Origin: Curvularia clavata
Lineage: Eukaryota
Length of the DNA stretch: 64,000 nt
Direction: 5' to 3'
NCBI GenBank assembly: GCA_023920165.1
Contig: CP089280.1
Span: forward strand, 496,001 to 560,000
Part shown: one piece after another, positions 23,701-35,500 of the stretch
Numbering within the stretch: the first letter of the stretch is position 1
Layout of the letters: each line of letters starts with the position of its first letter
Program-made: the position numbers and the translations under genes
Notes under the pieces: model-generated
What the model was told of the DNA's origin: nothing
The model's database searches: none
Seen by the model: only the letters and a program-made list of their open reading frames with translations

Positions 23701-24747
23701 CAGCACAATCTTATGATCGTATGGGCGATGTTCGGGCAGTAGCTCTGCCGCTGTCTTGCTGAAGACATCGCGGTACGAATGGTAAGCGGATGGAAGTCGG
23801 TCCCGAACAAGTTTGGCGTTTTCGGGATCGTCTGGCTTCATGCGCTCTTCTAAGATGCGATCGATCTCATAGATACTTGTCGTGAAGAACTCGTTTTCCT
23901 TACGCTTCATAGAATAATGGAAAGCATTTGCCGAAATGATGGCGATACGGGGTGAAGATGTTGGTCGGATAGGGTCCGGAGTAGGGTCGGGAACAGGTAG
24001 TGGTAGACGAACCTTGGGAAGTTTGAGGCATCCTCTAATTCTTCGCATGAGAGCTTTGCGAGGACTGTTTTGCCTACGGTAGTTGTCCTTTTCCCATAGT
24101 GCGTCTCGCCTCTGTATGTCCCGTTCCACATCAGCATCGATGGAAGGTTGTTTCAACTGTACAAGGATAGGTGGCGCGGGATCATATGTTGGAGGGTACT
24201 TGGCCGGCCATACGATCCGGTTCCGGCTCGTATCAAGCCTAAGCTGGAAACGTCTTAACCACTTGATTCCAATTATGCAGTCCTGTGTCCCTAGATCCAT
24301 GATCACGAAGGGACAGTTGTAAATCTTTCTTCCATCGATTCGGATATGTAACCGAATATATTTGTCTACCCTAGTTTGGACTTGGTCCTGAAATCCTTTG
24401 ACTGTGATCTTGAAGGGAAGTCTTCGGATGGGGACCTGAAGGGAGCCGGAGAGGGTACGAGCAATAGCAGAATTTAAGAATAAAAAGCCTTGGGCTCCAG
24501 TGTCAACTAAGGAGTGCAAGCTGACACCAAACCCTTTCGAACAAAGAACGGTGGGTACTAGGAAGTGTTTTCCTCCGAACAAGTGGGATAAATCAATTTT
24601 AGCTAGATCGTACTTGTTCATGCCTAGGGCGGAGAGTTTTCCTAGGCCTGGTGGTTTCCCGCCCGGTCCTCCTCCGATAAGTATTCGTGTGCTTCTTCGA
24701 ATTCTTCCTTCTCTGCTTCGATTTCTCGAACCCGAGGAATGGGGCAC
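20725..24747 (-). CDS. pol: Pol polyprotein copy 2
   Basis: Translation identical to 13800-17822. Confidence 0.98.
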   Translation of the reverse strand: MPHSSGSRNRSREGRIRRSTRILIGGGPGGKPPGLGKLSALGMNKYDLAKIDLSHLFGGKHFLVPTVLCSKGFGVSLHSLVDTGAQGFLFLNSAIARTLSGSLQVPIRRLPFKITVKGFQDQVQTRVDKYIRLHIRIDGRKIYNCPFVIMDLGTQDCIIGIKWLRRFQLRLDTSRNRIVWPAKYPPTYDPAPPILVQLKQPSIDADVERDIQRRDALWEKDNYRRQNSPRKALMRRIRGCLKLPKVRLPLPVPDPTPDPIRPTSSPRIAIISANAFHYSMKRKENEFFTTSIYEIDRILEERMKPDDPENAKLVRDRLPSAYHSYRDVFSKTAAELLPEHRPYDHKIVLTEPLPNQFSPLYKQSTEELEATKTFVMENLRKGHIDPSHCPFASPVLCVRKPNGDIRICVDYRRLNAITRKDAYSIPRIDELLARTHKAKIFTKLDIRAAFNKIRMHPDSEEYTTFRTRYGTYKSKVLPFGLCNGPATYQRYMNDVLIDYLDSFCIVYLDDILIYSESEPDHPRHVQQVLERLRQAGLQVDIKKSEFHVTRTKYLGYILTNQGLEVDPDKVEALQDWVRPTTVTGVKSFLGFTGFYRQFVPEYSRIAKPLLALQSPSRPFVWDSECDQAFERLKSALLAIPTLYHYHPEYDTKVETDASDGVVAGVLSQKQPNGNWCPVAFFSKVLSGSELNWEIHDKELFAIVTAFSKWRPELLSVRSRVDVYSDHRSLEYFMTTKVLNARQVRWAEELASFNFHIRYTPGKDNARADILSRREQDVGNLKTAQIDNRSRVLLGPHRLDNRINSELAKTYVAQLQAESFSLLVVEPISEPMSLDSLELIESILQENRASFGAERRSLPDRYRIENGLLLYSNRLCIPSTSTLVTRLIREVHDQVSSAHPSAKKTYQLLSQKYHWKGMESTCKRYVRNCIACRKAHPRQTRIPGMIHPLPIPDRPMQHLCIDFKEFPRDRSGYDMIMVVIDRLSKQAISIPCHKTIDARGMADLFVQWVYRFGHTPETIVSDRGPQFISSFWSEFCRILGVKVKLSTAYHKETDGQTEIMNKYIDQRLRPFVSYYQDNWSGLLPLIDRAQISLPHSSIGMSPYHILYGSEPRQSWDWKHSTSLLTPTDKLNHKDALEMATRMHDAWKVAKEQMEKAQDRMRTTVNRHRRSVDWDVGDMVFLSTRNLASDRPSRKLSSKWEGPFRVLEKVGHSYRLDLPKRSRIHDVFAPDLLCKDPQDPLPGQEPPKPPATPIQGVEEWEVEEILASKLYRSNLKYQVRWVGHDPDPTWYPASNFMGAPHKLKLFHEQHPTKPGPPRSLGKWITAWEQGTEDMTSLQDDKI

Positions 24748-25832
24748 TCATTCGCATAATGTCCAGGTTTTCCGCAGTTATAGCAATTGCTAGTAGTCGG
24801 TTTGCTATCCAGTGCGGGGGTCTTTGAAGGGAACCTGGGGGTATTAGAATGAGCGCGAGATTGGGTCGGAGCTGGTTCGGATCGGACTCCATAAGTGTTT
24901 GGGCGGTAGTCCCGGTATTGACTGACGCGGGGCTTCGTTGGTGGAGTACGAGAATTATTGGAAGTGGGTTCCGAACCGTGTCCGAAAGGAGTGTTCCTTC
25001 TTTCGGTATCGAAGGCAGTAAGGTGTTGTATCATCTTGTCAAAGGAGTTGTTCCACTGGTGTTTAAATCCCAAGTTTGGAACACGCAAGGCGGGGGTAAT
25101 TTTTTCCCATAAGTAGAAAAACCACTCCGACTTCGATACGGATCCTTTGACGGCAGCACTTATAAATTTTGCCTTAAATTCAGCGAAGGTTTCCTTTTTG
25201 TCCATGAGCAAGCGGTGGAAAGCAGCGCGGCTTTCCGCTTGCTCGTTGCCGGATACGAAGTATGATTTTAGAGTAGCTATCATATCTTCGGCGTTTTGGA
25301 ACCGGTCCTCCACCGAATCGGCTAGGTACTGTGGTTCCAGGTATCCCTTGGCGATACCTGTAGTATGTCCCCAGACTAGAGCCATGCGTGCGCGTTCACT
25401 CCGATAATGGTCCGCGTTGATTGTTAAGCGGTCCTCTATTGACGCTTGCCATTGGCGGAACGTAGGTTCTGTTCCATCACTAAGGTTATCAATGGAAGGG
25501 GTACGTTCTGTGAGTTTGACACGTAGCAGGTCCGGGGTTGCTGACTGGTACCTTCCGAATTGAGTTTCGGTTGGTTCAGCGATAGTCGGTGGTGATTCGG
25601 TGGAGGGGAGAGGTTGATCTGGGGCTGCGGTGTTTTGGCGGGACAGCCGTGCGATTTGTTCGTTTAGCCTGTCGATCTCTGCCCGAAGGAGGCTAGTCTC
25701 ATCCTCTTCCGAATCCTCTTCCTCTTCGACGGCTGGCGGTTTGCCAGGCGTCTTCTCTCTTGACTTCGAATCTTGGAAGCGCGGCGACTTCCTGGAAAGC
25801 TCTCCTGAGCCGGATGGGGTTCGGTCAGCCAT
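24642..25832 (-). CDS. gag: Gag copy 2
   Basis: Translation identical to 17717-18907. Confidence 0.96.
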   Translation of the reverse strand: MADRTPSGSGELSRKSPRFQDSKSREKTPGKPPAVEEEEDSEEDETSLLRAEIDRLNEQIARLSRQNTAAPDQPLPSTESPPTIAEPTETQFGRYQSATPDLLRVKLTERTPSIDNLSDGTEPTFRQWQASIEDRLTINADHYRSERARMALVWGHTTGIAKGYLEPQYLADSVEDRFQNAEDMIATLKSYFVSGNEQAESRAAFHRLLMDKKETFAEFKAKFISAAVKGSVSKSEWFFYLWEKITPALRVPNLGFKHQWNNSFDKMIQHLTAFDTERRNTPFGHGSEPTSNNSRTPPTKPRVSQYRDYRPNTYGVRSEPAPTQSRAHSNTPRFPSKTPALDSKPTTSNCYNCGKPGHYANECPIPRVREIEAEKEEFEEAHEYLSEEDRAGNHQA

Positions 25833-26127
25833 CGACGGTTGTCTTCGTGGCTGATGGGTTTTTGGTAGTCTCCGAGTCTCTACCTTGGCGCAATCTACGC
25901 GACTTCTCCGAAGTTAACCTGACTGCAATCAGTACAGGAGGTCCAAACCCAAAGGCTTCGGTCGGCGGGAGATCGAAGGGATCCCGCCTGTGTGTGAATG
26001 TGGGACGTAACGGTGTGAAGTATCCGGAGCGGTTCCGGAGGGACTTGGGCTTGGGCGCGGTCTCAACAAACAAGCTGCGATATTGTTTTGAAGGCCGTCA
26101 CCGGCTGGGACGAGATTTTTGATATAA

Positions 26128-26398
26128 TGTAACGGCGCGAGCAAGACTAGTCGAATCGGTTCCGGTGGGAAGTGTCACTCAAATGCATATGGAAGTGCGT
26201 GGGACAGCAGAAACACCTTGGATTCGGTAGACACTCATAGGCCTGGTACGAAAGGATATCAAAAATCTACCGAACATCTATGGAAGGTACCTGGTACTTA
26301 TACCTGGGTGCGGGTCTTCATCGGGTCTGACCCGGCTCTCAATCGGATCTTGATAAGCTGCCCTGGCTGGGGTATGTTTTGGTCTATGCATGGTTACA
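26128..26398 (-). repeat. Gypsy-1 5' LTR
   Basis: Same sequence as the other two LTRs; flanked by GAAAC. Confidence 0.97.
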
Positions 26399-27606
26399 GA
26401 AACGTTTTAACTACTTAATTCTAATTATACAGTCCTATATCTCTAGATCTATAATTACAAAGAAATAGTTATAAATCTTTCTTCTATCAATTTAGATATA
26501 TAACTAAATATATTTATCTATTCTAGTTTAGACTTAGTTCTAAAATCCTTTAACTATAATTCTAAAAGAAAATTTTTAGATAGAGACCTAAAGAGAGCTA
26601 GAAAAAGTACGAGTAATAGTAGAATTTAAAAATAAAAAACCTTAGGCTCTAGTATTAACTAAAGAATATAAGCTGACGCCAAAGCTTTTTAAACAAAAAA
26701 TAGTAGAGACTAGAAAGTATTTTCCTCTAAATAAGTAGAATAAATTAATTTTAGCTAAATTATACTTATTTATATCTAGAGTAGAGAGTTTTTCTAAGTC
26801 TAGTAGTTTTCTATCTAGTCCTCTTCCGATAAGTATTCGTATACTTCTTTAAATTCTTCCTTCTCTACTTCAATTTCTTAAATCTAAGGAATAGGGCACT
26901 TATTCGTATAATATCTAGATTTTCTACAGTTATAGCAATTACTAGTAGTTAGTTTACTATCTAGTACGGGGGTCTTTGAAAAGAATCTAGAGATATTAAA
27001 ATAAGCGCGAGATTAGGTTAGAGCTAGTTTAAATCAGACTCTATAAGTATTTAGATAGTAGTTTTAGTATTAACTAACGCGGGGCTTTATTAGTAGAGTA
27101 TAAGAATTATTAGAAGTAGATTCTAAACTATATCTAAAAAGAGTGTTCCTTTTTTTAGTATTAAAAGTAGTAAAGTATTATATTATCTTATAAAAGAAGT
27201 TATTTTACTAGTATTTAAATCCTAAGTTTAGAATATATAAAGTAGAGGTAATTTTTTCCTATAAATAGAAAAACTACTCTAACTTTAATATAGATTCTTT
27301 AATAGTAGTACTTATAAATTTTACTTTAAATTTAATAAAAGTTTTCTTTTTATCTATAAGTAAGTGGTGGAAAGTAGCGCGGCTTTCTACTTACTTATTA
27401 CTAGATATAAAGTATAATTTTAGAATAGCTATTATATCTTTAGTATTTTAGAACCAGTCTTTTACTAAATCAGCTAGATACTATAGTTCTAGGTATCTCT
27501 TAGCGATACCTATAGTATGTCTCTAGACTAGAGCTATACGTGCGCGTTTACTCTAATAATAGTCTGTATTAATTATTAAGCGGTCCTCTATTAACGCTTA
27601 CTATTA
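26399..27606 (-). mobile_element. Old RIP-decayed Gypsy-1 copy: gag 3' part and protease
   Basis: Colinear with intact 17322-~18529 with transition mutations. Confidence 0.95.
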
Positions 27607-29713
27607 CAGTGGGGTGACACGAAAAAAGATCACAAGGAAAAATAGCATTTTTCACTAGGCTATATCTTAGCTAATAAAATAGCTAAAAATATAAAAGCTT
27701 AAGATTTGTATAGAGAATTACCAGCTCTTCTAGTCTATAATCTAAAAAAAAGTTTAGTAAGTAAATAGCTCTTATAAAACAAAGCTAAACTAGTGAGAAA
27801 AAAAAACGTCAACTTTACACGTATTTTTCGCGCTGAGATCTTGCAATTTATATAGCTATCTATATATAGATATATACTATTAGTATATATATATAATATA
27901 TATTTTTTATAGCTATAGTTATTTGTCTAAATTAGAAGATATATATATAACTTATATTTTAGTAAATATATAAGATAATAATAGTAAATTACTATCTAAT
28001 ATTTTGTATACCAGCCCTTAGCTTCCACTACTCTATTATAGCGTTTGGGCATAGATAAAATACAGCTATCTATGTCTTTTTGTGGTATTTTATGCCACTC
28101 TTGGTGAATAGCTGTAATAAACGTATTTATACTAGTCTCACTAGCGCCAGTGCCAAGACTAGAGCTTGGCAGCTTAGTAAGCCGATTTTTAAGTAAGCTC
28201 CATACGTTTTCTATTGGATTTAGATCTGGGCTATACGCTGGATGGTCGAAAAGTGTAATCTTATAGCGCTTAAACCAGTCTAAAACGTTTCTAGCTTTGT
28301 GGATTGTTGCGTTATCTTGTTGGAATTTCCAGCCTAAATAGATATAGATTAGCTAACTATAACTGTATAGTTAGACTTATATATATATATTTATATATTT
28401 AGATATATATATATATAAGTAAAAATATATAGCGTAACTTACCGCGTTTTATATTCGGTTTTATATATGGTATTAGACATTTTCTAATATAGTGGTGATT
28501 TCGATGTTTTACTACGCTATTTGGCGTCTTAATAACCACTAGATTGGATCTGCCACCTATCCAAATAGCTCCCCAAACTTGGATAGTTATATCATGGGCT
28601 AAAAATTGGCTTAGTCAGCTAGATATATAAAATATAATATATATATATAGTTATATATATATATAACTATATTTTGGCTTATTAGAAATATTTTTAAACG
28701 TACTTGTATTTTTAGTAGAGTATATTTTTGGATTTTGGTGGTATTTTGGCCTATTTCGAGAAAATTCGGCTCGAGATCCATATCCACGCTGGATTCCAGA
28801 CTCGTCAGAAAATATAACTTTTTTCAAGTTAATATTACTAAGCTTTTTAAGCTTATTTTTAGCGTAGAGTAGCCGTTTTTTAGCTTTTTTCTCGTTTAAA
28901 ATTGGCTTTTTTTGACTAGTTGTTATAGTCCAGCCCTCTGCTTTTAAAACTCTTTGAAGAGTTCTACTAGATATTTCTAGATTATTTTCGTTTAATAATC
29001 TATTTATTGGTTTTTTTGGACTGCGTAGTATATCTCTATTTAGAGCTCTTATTGCTCTAGAAGTTGTCTTAGAAATTCCGCCTAAACTAGCTCTTTTTGG
29101 CTCACTAATAGCTTTATATTTTCGTTTTATTCGAGCTATAACGTTATATATAGACCGTGGATTTTTTTGAAAGTAATTTATTATATTTTTTATAGGTGTA
29201 TTAGCGTCTAAAAACGCTTTGATTTGGCGTTCGAAATTCGACAGTTGTGGCTCCATTGTGTGGGGAATACAGTTTTAAGTTGCTAGAAATGAAAAGCTAT
29301 AGTTATATACTAGTTGATTACTAATAGCTGAGTAAGCTAGTGCTTATGTAAGCTAGTGCCAAAATTTCAAATCTCATATAGCTATTTAACTAGATAGACA
29401 ACTATAGCTTAAAACTATATATATTATATATAAATACTAATAGTATATATCTATATATAGATAGCTATATAAGATAACAAATATCAGCGCGAAAAATACA
29501 TGCAAAGTTGACGTTTTTTTTTCTCTCTAGTTCAGCATTTCTTTCTAAGAGCTATATACTTACTAAGCTTCCTTTTAGATTCTAGACTAGAAGAGCTGGT
29601 AATTCTCTATACAAATCTTAAGCTTTTATATTTTTAGCTATTTTATTAGCTAAGATATAGCCTAGTGAAAAATGCTATTTTTCTTTGTGATCTTTTTTCG
29701 TGTCACCCCACTG
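27607..29713 (-). mobile_element. Complete Tc1-like transposon subfamily A (2107 bp)
   Basis: TA-cagtggggtgacacg...cgtgtcaccccactg-TA; inverted similarity over about 300 bp. Confidence 0.97.
27996..29256 (-). CDS. Intact DD34E transposase, 348 aa; exons 29256-28704, 28598-28443, 28333-27996
   Basis: Two phase-1 GT-AG introns give an open frame with FSDESG, VWG, FQQDNA and SPDLNPIE; 34 residues between the second D and E. Confidence 0.9.
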
Positions 29714-29734
29714 TATATATTCTTATCACAACTA

Positions 29735-30050
29735 TACTTTAACAACTTTAGGATTTTTTCTGCCCATTATTAGCCGTCTAATAGGCTTCTATCTATTAGA
29801 GTTATTATTATTTTTCTAATTTAGATCTATACTATATTTTAGATTTAATATATAAAGCTAAAAGTACTAAAGTCTAAAATATAGGAGCTTAAGGCCTCGC
29901 GTTTAAATCTCCCCTTAGATATAGTCCTTTTTTGAATGTTTAAATTTTAGTAGGCTAAGGGGCGGCCTACCTTTGTTTTGAGACCACGTTTTAATATTAG
30001 CTAATTGCCATAGTTAAGCCAGTTATTAGAAACAAAAACAGAAATAAATA
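29735..30050 (+). repeat. A-tailed short repeat, ~310-bp copy
   Basis: Similar to 52633-52833, 31940-32255 and 57692-58005. Confidence 0.75.
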
Positions 30051-31054
30051 CTAAATAGAAAAGATTCTAAAACTATTAAACTATAATTATCAAAAGCCTC
30101 AGTCATATATAGAATATTTTTAAAATTTAAAATAAACTTAATAGATATAGTATAGTTTTAGCTACTGTAATATTATCTTAGTATATTACTAAGTTCTTAT
30201 TATATTACTATATCTAGCTATATTATTAGTATTATAGCTATTGCTATTACTATTTATATCTTCTTCTACGTCTATATCTATAGTATTATCGAACTAGTAT
30301 TATCTTAACTGGATAAAATCGAATATTATATATATTAAAACTTTATATTCAAAATACTATTTGTTTCCATTCTTATTTCCTATAATAAGCTCGTCTATGG
30401 TAATTAGTCTAAAATATATATTATATAAATAAGTAGTAGACTATTTCTTAGTCTATTAGAATTTAAAAAATTAGAATAAAAAATACTATCTAAATAGAAA
30501 TTTAAACGTAAAGCCTTAGACTCTAAACTTTAGATACTAAAAACTATCTAATTTTTATCTTAAGAAGTTAGTACTAGTCTAGATAGAACTAAGCTTTGAA
30601 ATAATAATAACTATTTTATTAAAGATCTAATTATAGATAGTAAGATTTATACCTAATAAAATGTAGTTATAATAAGAATATGAAATACGAAATATTAGTA
30701 TAATATATAATTTCTAATTAGAAATATTCTACTTTTATATACCTAGTTTTTAGTCTAAAAGTTTTATCAATATTATTCTCTAACTAATTTCTATATACTA
30801 TATATTTAAAAATTTTAAAGTCTATTTTATTAATTAGATGTTATCTAACTACTTTTCTTATTATTCTTTTACTATGTTTACTTTATTATAATTATAAAAA
30901 TTTTTAGACTAATACTTTATATCTATCTATATTATCTTAATCTATACTTTTATCTATTTCAATCCATTATTTTTATAATAACTATAGACTTATAAATATA
31001 GCTACTTATCTAGATCTAATATATTACTTCTTATAAAAATAATATAAAGTACTA

Positions 31055-32255
31055 TAGCTTCGGCCTTTTGCAAAACATTTCAAGAAACACTTTAGATTTT
31101 ATTTTTTATATTTAAATTAAACTTAATAAATATAGTTTAAACCCAGCCTCTACAACGCTATATTAGCATATTATCTAATCTCTTCTTTATATCTACTATT
31201 TTAATATCCTCTATCTCTATATCGCCGTCCCTATCTATATTACTATTATTTTTACTATTACTATTTATATCTACTTCTACATCTATATTTATATTATTAT
31301 CTAACTAGCGTAGTCTTAACTAGATAAAATAGAGTATTATATCTATCTAAGCTACGCTTTTTAGATACTATAATGCTGCTTTTATATTTATATATCTATC
31401 TATAATAGTCTTTCTAATCTTGTAAATATTATATTCTAGCTATAACTAAATATTTAGAGTAGATAGCTTTACTATATTTTTCTTGATTAATTATATAATA
31501 ATAAGATTAATAGTTAATACGTCTTGTCTATTAATAAGCGCGATCTTCTAGCCTTATAACTATTATAGCTATATTATATCTATCTAGTATATATAGTATA
31601 GAATATAGTTATTATTATTAGATATAGTTATATCTAGAAACTTAAGCTATTTAAAGAGCTACTTCTATCGCTCTATAGTAACTTTACTTCAAAGTAGTTT
31701 ATAGAAAATAGATTAGATATCTAAAAAGAGAGTAACAAAAACTATTTATTATCTAGAAAGATTAAATATAATTAAGCTAAATTTAAAAAAACTAAAAAAA
31801 AAAATAAAATAAACTAAGTATATAATGCTACTAATAGATTTTACTAAACTAAAGATTAAATTTATAAAAATAGAAGAGTAGATATTGATAGATAGTATAT
31901 ACTACTCTAATACTATATATCTTTATTATAACTATAATTTAATGACTTTAGAATTTTTTCTATTAATTATTAGCTGTTCAATAGACTTCTATCTATTAGA
32001 GTTTTCATTATTATTCTAATTTAGATTTATACTAGATTTTAGATTGAATATATAAAGCTAAAGATACTAAAGTTTAAAATATAAAAGCTTAAGGCTTTAT
32101 ATTTAAGTCTCTCCTTAGATATAGTCCTTTTTTAAATTTTTAAACTTTAGTAGACTAAGAGGTGGCCTATTTTTATTTTAAGACTACTTTTTGATATTAG
32201 CCAATTGCTATAGGTAAGCCAGTTATAATAAATAAAAATAGAAATCAATAAATAA
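31055..32255 (+). repeat. Left arm of a ~1.2-kb inverted repeat ending in the A-tailed repeat
   Basis: Reverse complement of 32585-33438 joined to 35294-35633. Confidence 0.85.
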
Positions 32256-32584
32256 ATTATTTTTAGAGTAATATAATATTTAATATATTTGAGTGAAAAA
32301 AAAATAATACATTAGGGTAATACATAAAAAGAAAGAGTTTAAGAAAAAATAGCTATTTTCAAACAGCTATATCTTAGCTTATAAAATAGCTAATAATACA
32401 TATTTTAATCTCTATATAGAGATTTACTAGATCTTTAAATATAATATATTAAATACTACATGGTAAGCATATAGAATATATAAACAAATACTAAAGTAGA
32501 GAGAGAAAATAATACTAACTTTAAGCTAGTTTCTTACGCTTATTTTTTAGATTTTATATATATATCTATATATGAATATATTTA

Positions 32585-35500
32585 TTTCTATTTTCATTTC
32601 TTATAACTAGCTCGCCTATAGCGATTAACCAATATTAAAAAGTAGTCTTAAAATAAAAGTAGGCTGTCTCTTAGCCTACTAAAATTTGAAGATTTTAAAA
32701 AAAGACTATATCTAAAAGGAGGTTTAAACGCGAGACTTTAAACTTCTATACTTTAGGCTCTAGTATTTTTAGCTTTATATATTCAATCTAAAATATAGTA
32801 AAAATCTAAGTTAAAATAATAATAATAATTCTAATAAATAGAAGCTTATTAAGCGGCTAATGATAGATAGAGAAAATTCTAAAGTTATTAAATTTTAGCT
32901 ATAATAAAAATATATAGTATTAGAGTAGTATATACTATCTATAAATATCTACTCTTCTACTCTTACAAATTTTATCTTTAGCTTAGTAAAATCTATTAGT
33001 AGTATTATATACTTAGCTTATTCTATTTTCTTTTTTAATCTTTTTTAAATTTAGATTAATTATATCTAATCTCTCTAGATAATAAGTAGTCTTTATTACT
33101 TTCTTTTTAGATATCTAATCTATTTTCTATAAACTACTTTGAAGTAAAGTTACTATAGAGCTATAGAAGTAGCTCTTTAAATAGCTTAAGTTTCTAGATA
33201 TAACTATATCTAATAATAATAACTATATTCTATACTATATATACTAGATAGATATAATATAGCTATAATAGTTATAAGGCTAGAAGATCGCGCTTATTAA
33301 TAGATAACATATATTAACTATTAATCTTATTATTATATAATTAATTAAGAAAAATATAGTAAAGCTATCTACTTTAAATATATAGTTATAGCTAGAATAT
33401 AATATTCATAAGATTAGAAAGACTATTATAGATAGATAACGTAGTTTATAAGCGAGTCGGTCATACAAGCGAGTTGGTCACCCTACTAACTTTGCGCACC
33501 TTTACAAGCGTGTAGCTCTATTATATATAGATAGTTTTGACAGATATTAAGATAGTAGATTAATTACTATCTAGAGTATCTTTCTTACATATACGCGAGT
33601 TATAGCTAGTCTTTTTGCATCTACTATAGCGCGCAAGAGCCCGGCTGCTAACATCTAATCGCTCTCCTCTCTAACGCTCTTTATAAGCAATCTGCTCATT
33701 AGTATCGCGTTAAGCGATAATATCCTCGCCAGCTCCCTTTATAAGTATTTCTTACTTCTATATTCGCTTTCTTTTACGCTATCTACACTTTAATACTAGC
33801 TTATTAGTTTTCTAAAAACTAGTAATCTAATCGCGTATTAGCTTAGCTAATAGTATTATTACTTGCGCGCCTTTCTTAAGCTAATTAATTACTATAATAA
33901 TTAAAGCTGGCGAAGAGCTCTTATACTGTCGAACGCGATTACTTATTAGTATTAATTAAGCTTTAAGCTCGCGTACATTGCTTGGCGTATAGGGCTGCTA
34001 GAGAGCTTCCGCGAGAGCAGCTGGAGGAGTAGGTGTATATAGCTGTACGTCAAGCTTTGATAGAATAGTATCTGGCTGGAGAGGAATAAGATCTACGCCT
34101 CGGAAAGCTGAGTAGATATTGGCTGGTGTAAAAGATTGATCGAACGCTGCCTTAAATGCTGGTAGAAACTTAAGCTTAGTAATGTGGTTAATATAGTTGT
34201 ATATTAGACTCTCTACCTCACAGCTATACGCGCGCTTTAATAGGGAGAAGCAGCTAACGTTAAGAGGCTGGAGTAGGTGAGACGAGTAAGGCGGCATATA
34301 GAGCGTGTAGATATTGTTCTTCTTATAGAGCTCTTAGAACTTAAATAACTAGTAGCTCTTATAGCTATTAAGGATAAGTAGCTAGCGTACTCTAACAACC
34401 TTACTATCTATATACTTAATAAAATACTTTAGCTATTTAAGTCTAAGCTTATTAGTCGTCTAGCCGTTTTTACTTACTACAATTGCCCAGTCGCGTGGGA
34501 TTTCTACCTCCTCGTACTAAGCAGACAGGTGATACTTGCTAGTAAAGATTAGAAATAGTAGGATAGACTAGCTAGCTATATTAATTATAGTAATAAATAT
34601 TACCTACTCGCGACCACCTAGCTAGATAGTCTTTAGATAGCCTCTTCTCTCTAACGCTATAAAAATAAGCTAAGTAGTAATCTTACCTATTAAAAAGCCA
34701 GCTTCGTTAAAGTTATAGACGTCCTTGTCGTAGATACTATACTTGGCCTTCGTCTACTCTATAAGCTTAAACTAGCTCTTAATTAAGACCAGATCTTCAT
34801 ATAGGGCTCTCTACCTATTATACGCTCAATTGAAACGCGTCGTAAGACTGTCTGTATGCTTGATAAAGTTGCGCGGCCAGTAAACGCCAACCTGGCTAGC
34901 GTCGCGTGCAGCTAGCAGCTTATTAGCTATATCTTGTATAGTAGTATAGATAGGCGTAAATCTACGTAGATTAAGATTAATTATATAGCTAGTAATCACT
35001 TGCTTTTCTAGCTGCAATAGCTTCTTTAAATTAGGCTAGCAATTGTGCCGCGCATGCCTTCTAGCGCGTTAGTCGATTAGTATTAATTTCAGAATATTAA
35101 AAGCTATAGCAGCACGTTAGGTACTCTAGATTTAATTACTATCTAGAGAAGAAAAAGCAAGTTGAATATCTTCTTCGTAAGAAGTTAATTTAGAAGCGTA
35201 GTGTGGAGATATTACGCGTAAAGTTAAGGTAGGTAATTAAAGCTAGAGGGGTGACCGACTTGCTTGTATGACCGACTCGCTTATAAACTACGGTATATAA
35301 ATATAAAAGTAGCATTATAGTATCTAAAAAGTGTAGCTTAGATAGATATAATACTCTATTTTATCTAATTAAGACTACGCTAGTCAGATAATAATATAAA
35401 TATAGACGTAGAAGTAGATATAAATAGTAATAGTAATAATAATAGTAATATAAATAGAGATAGTAATATAGAGATGGAGAATATTAAGATAGTAGATATA

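Larger units (their letters stand above)
12278..26398 (-). mobile_element. Tandem intact Ty3/Gypsy chromovirus (family 1): two 6925-bp units sharing three LTRs
   Basis: Identical translated ORF sets at offset 6925; TG...CA LTRs; PPT; gag and pol open. Confidence 0.98.

Noticed and set aside
31057..31072. tcggccttttg resembles the U2 snRNA 5' end
   Set aside because: The match is about 11 nt and does not continue into the U2 branch-pairing region
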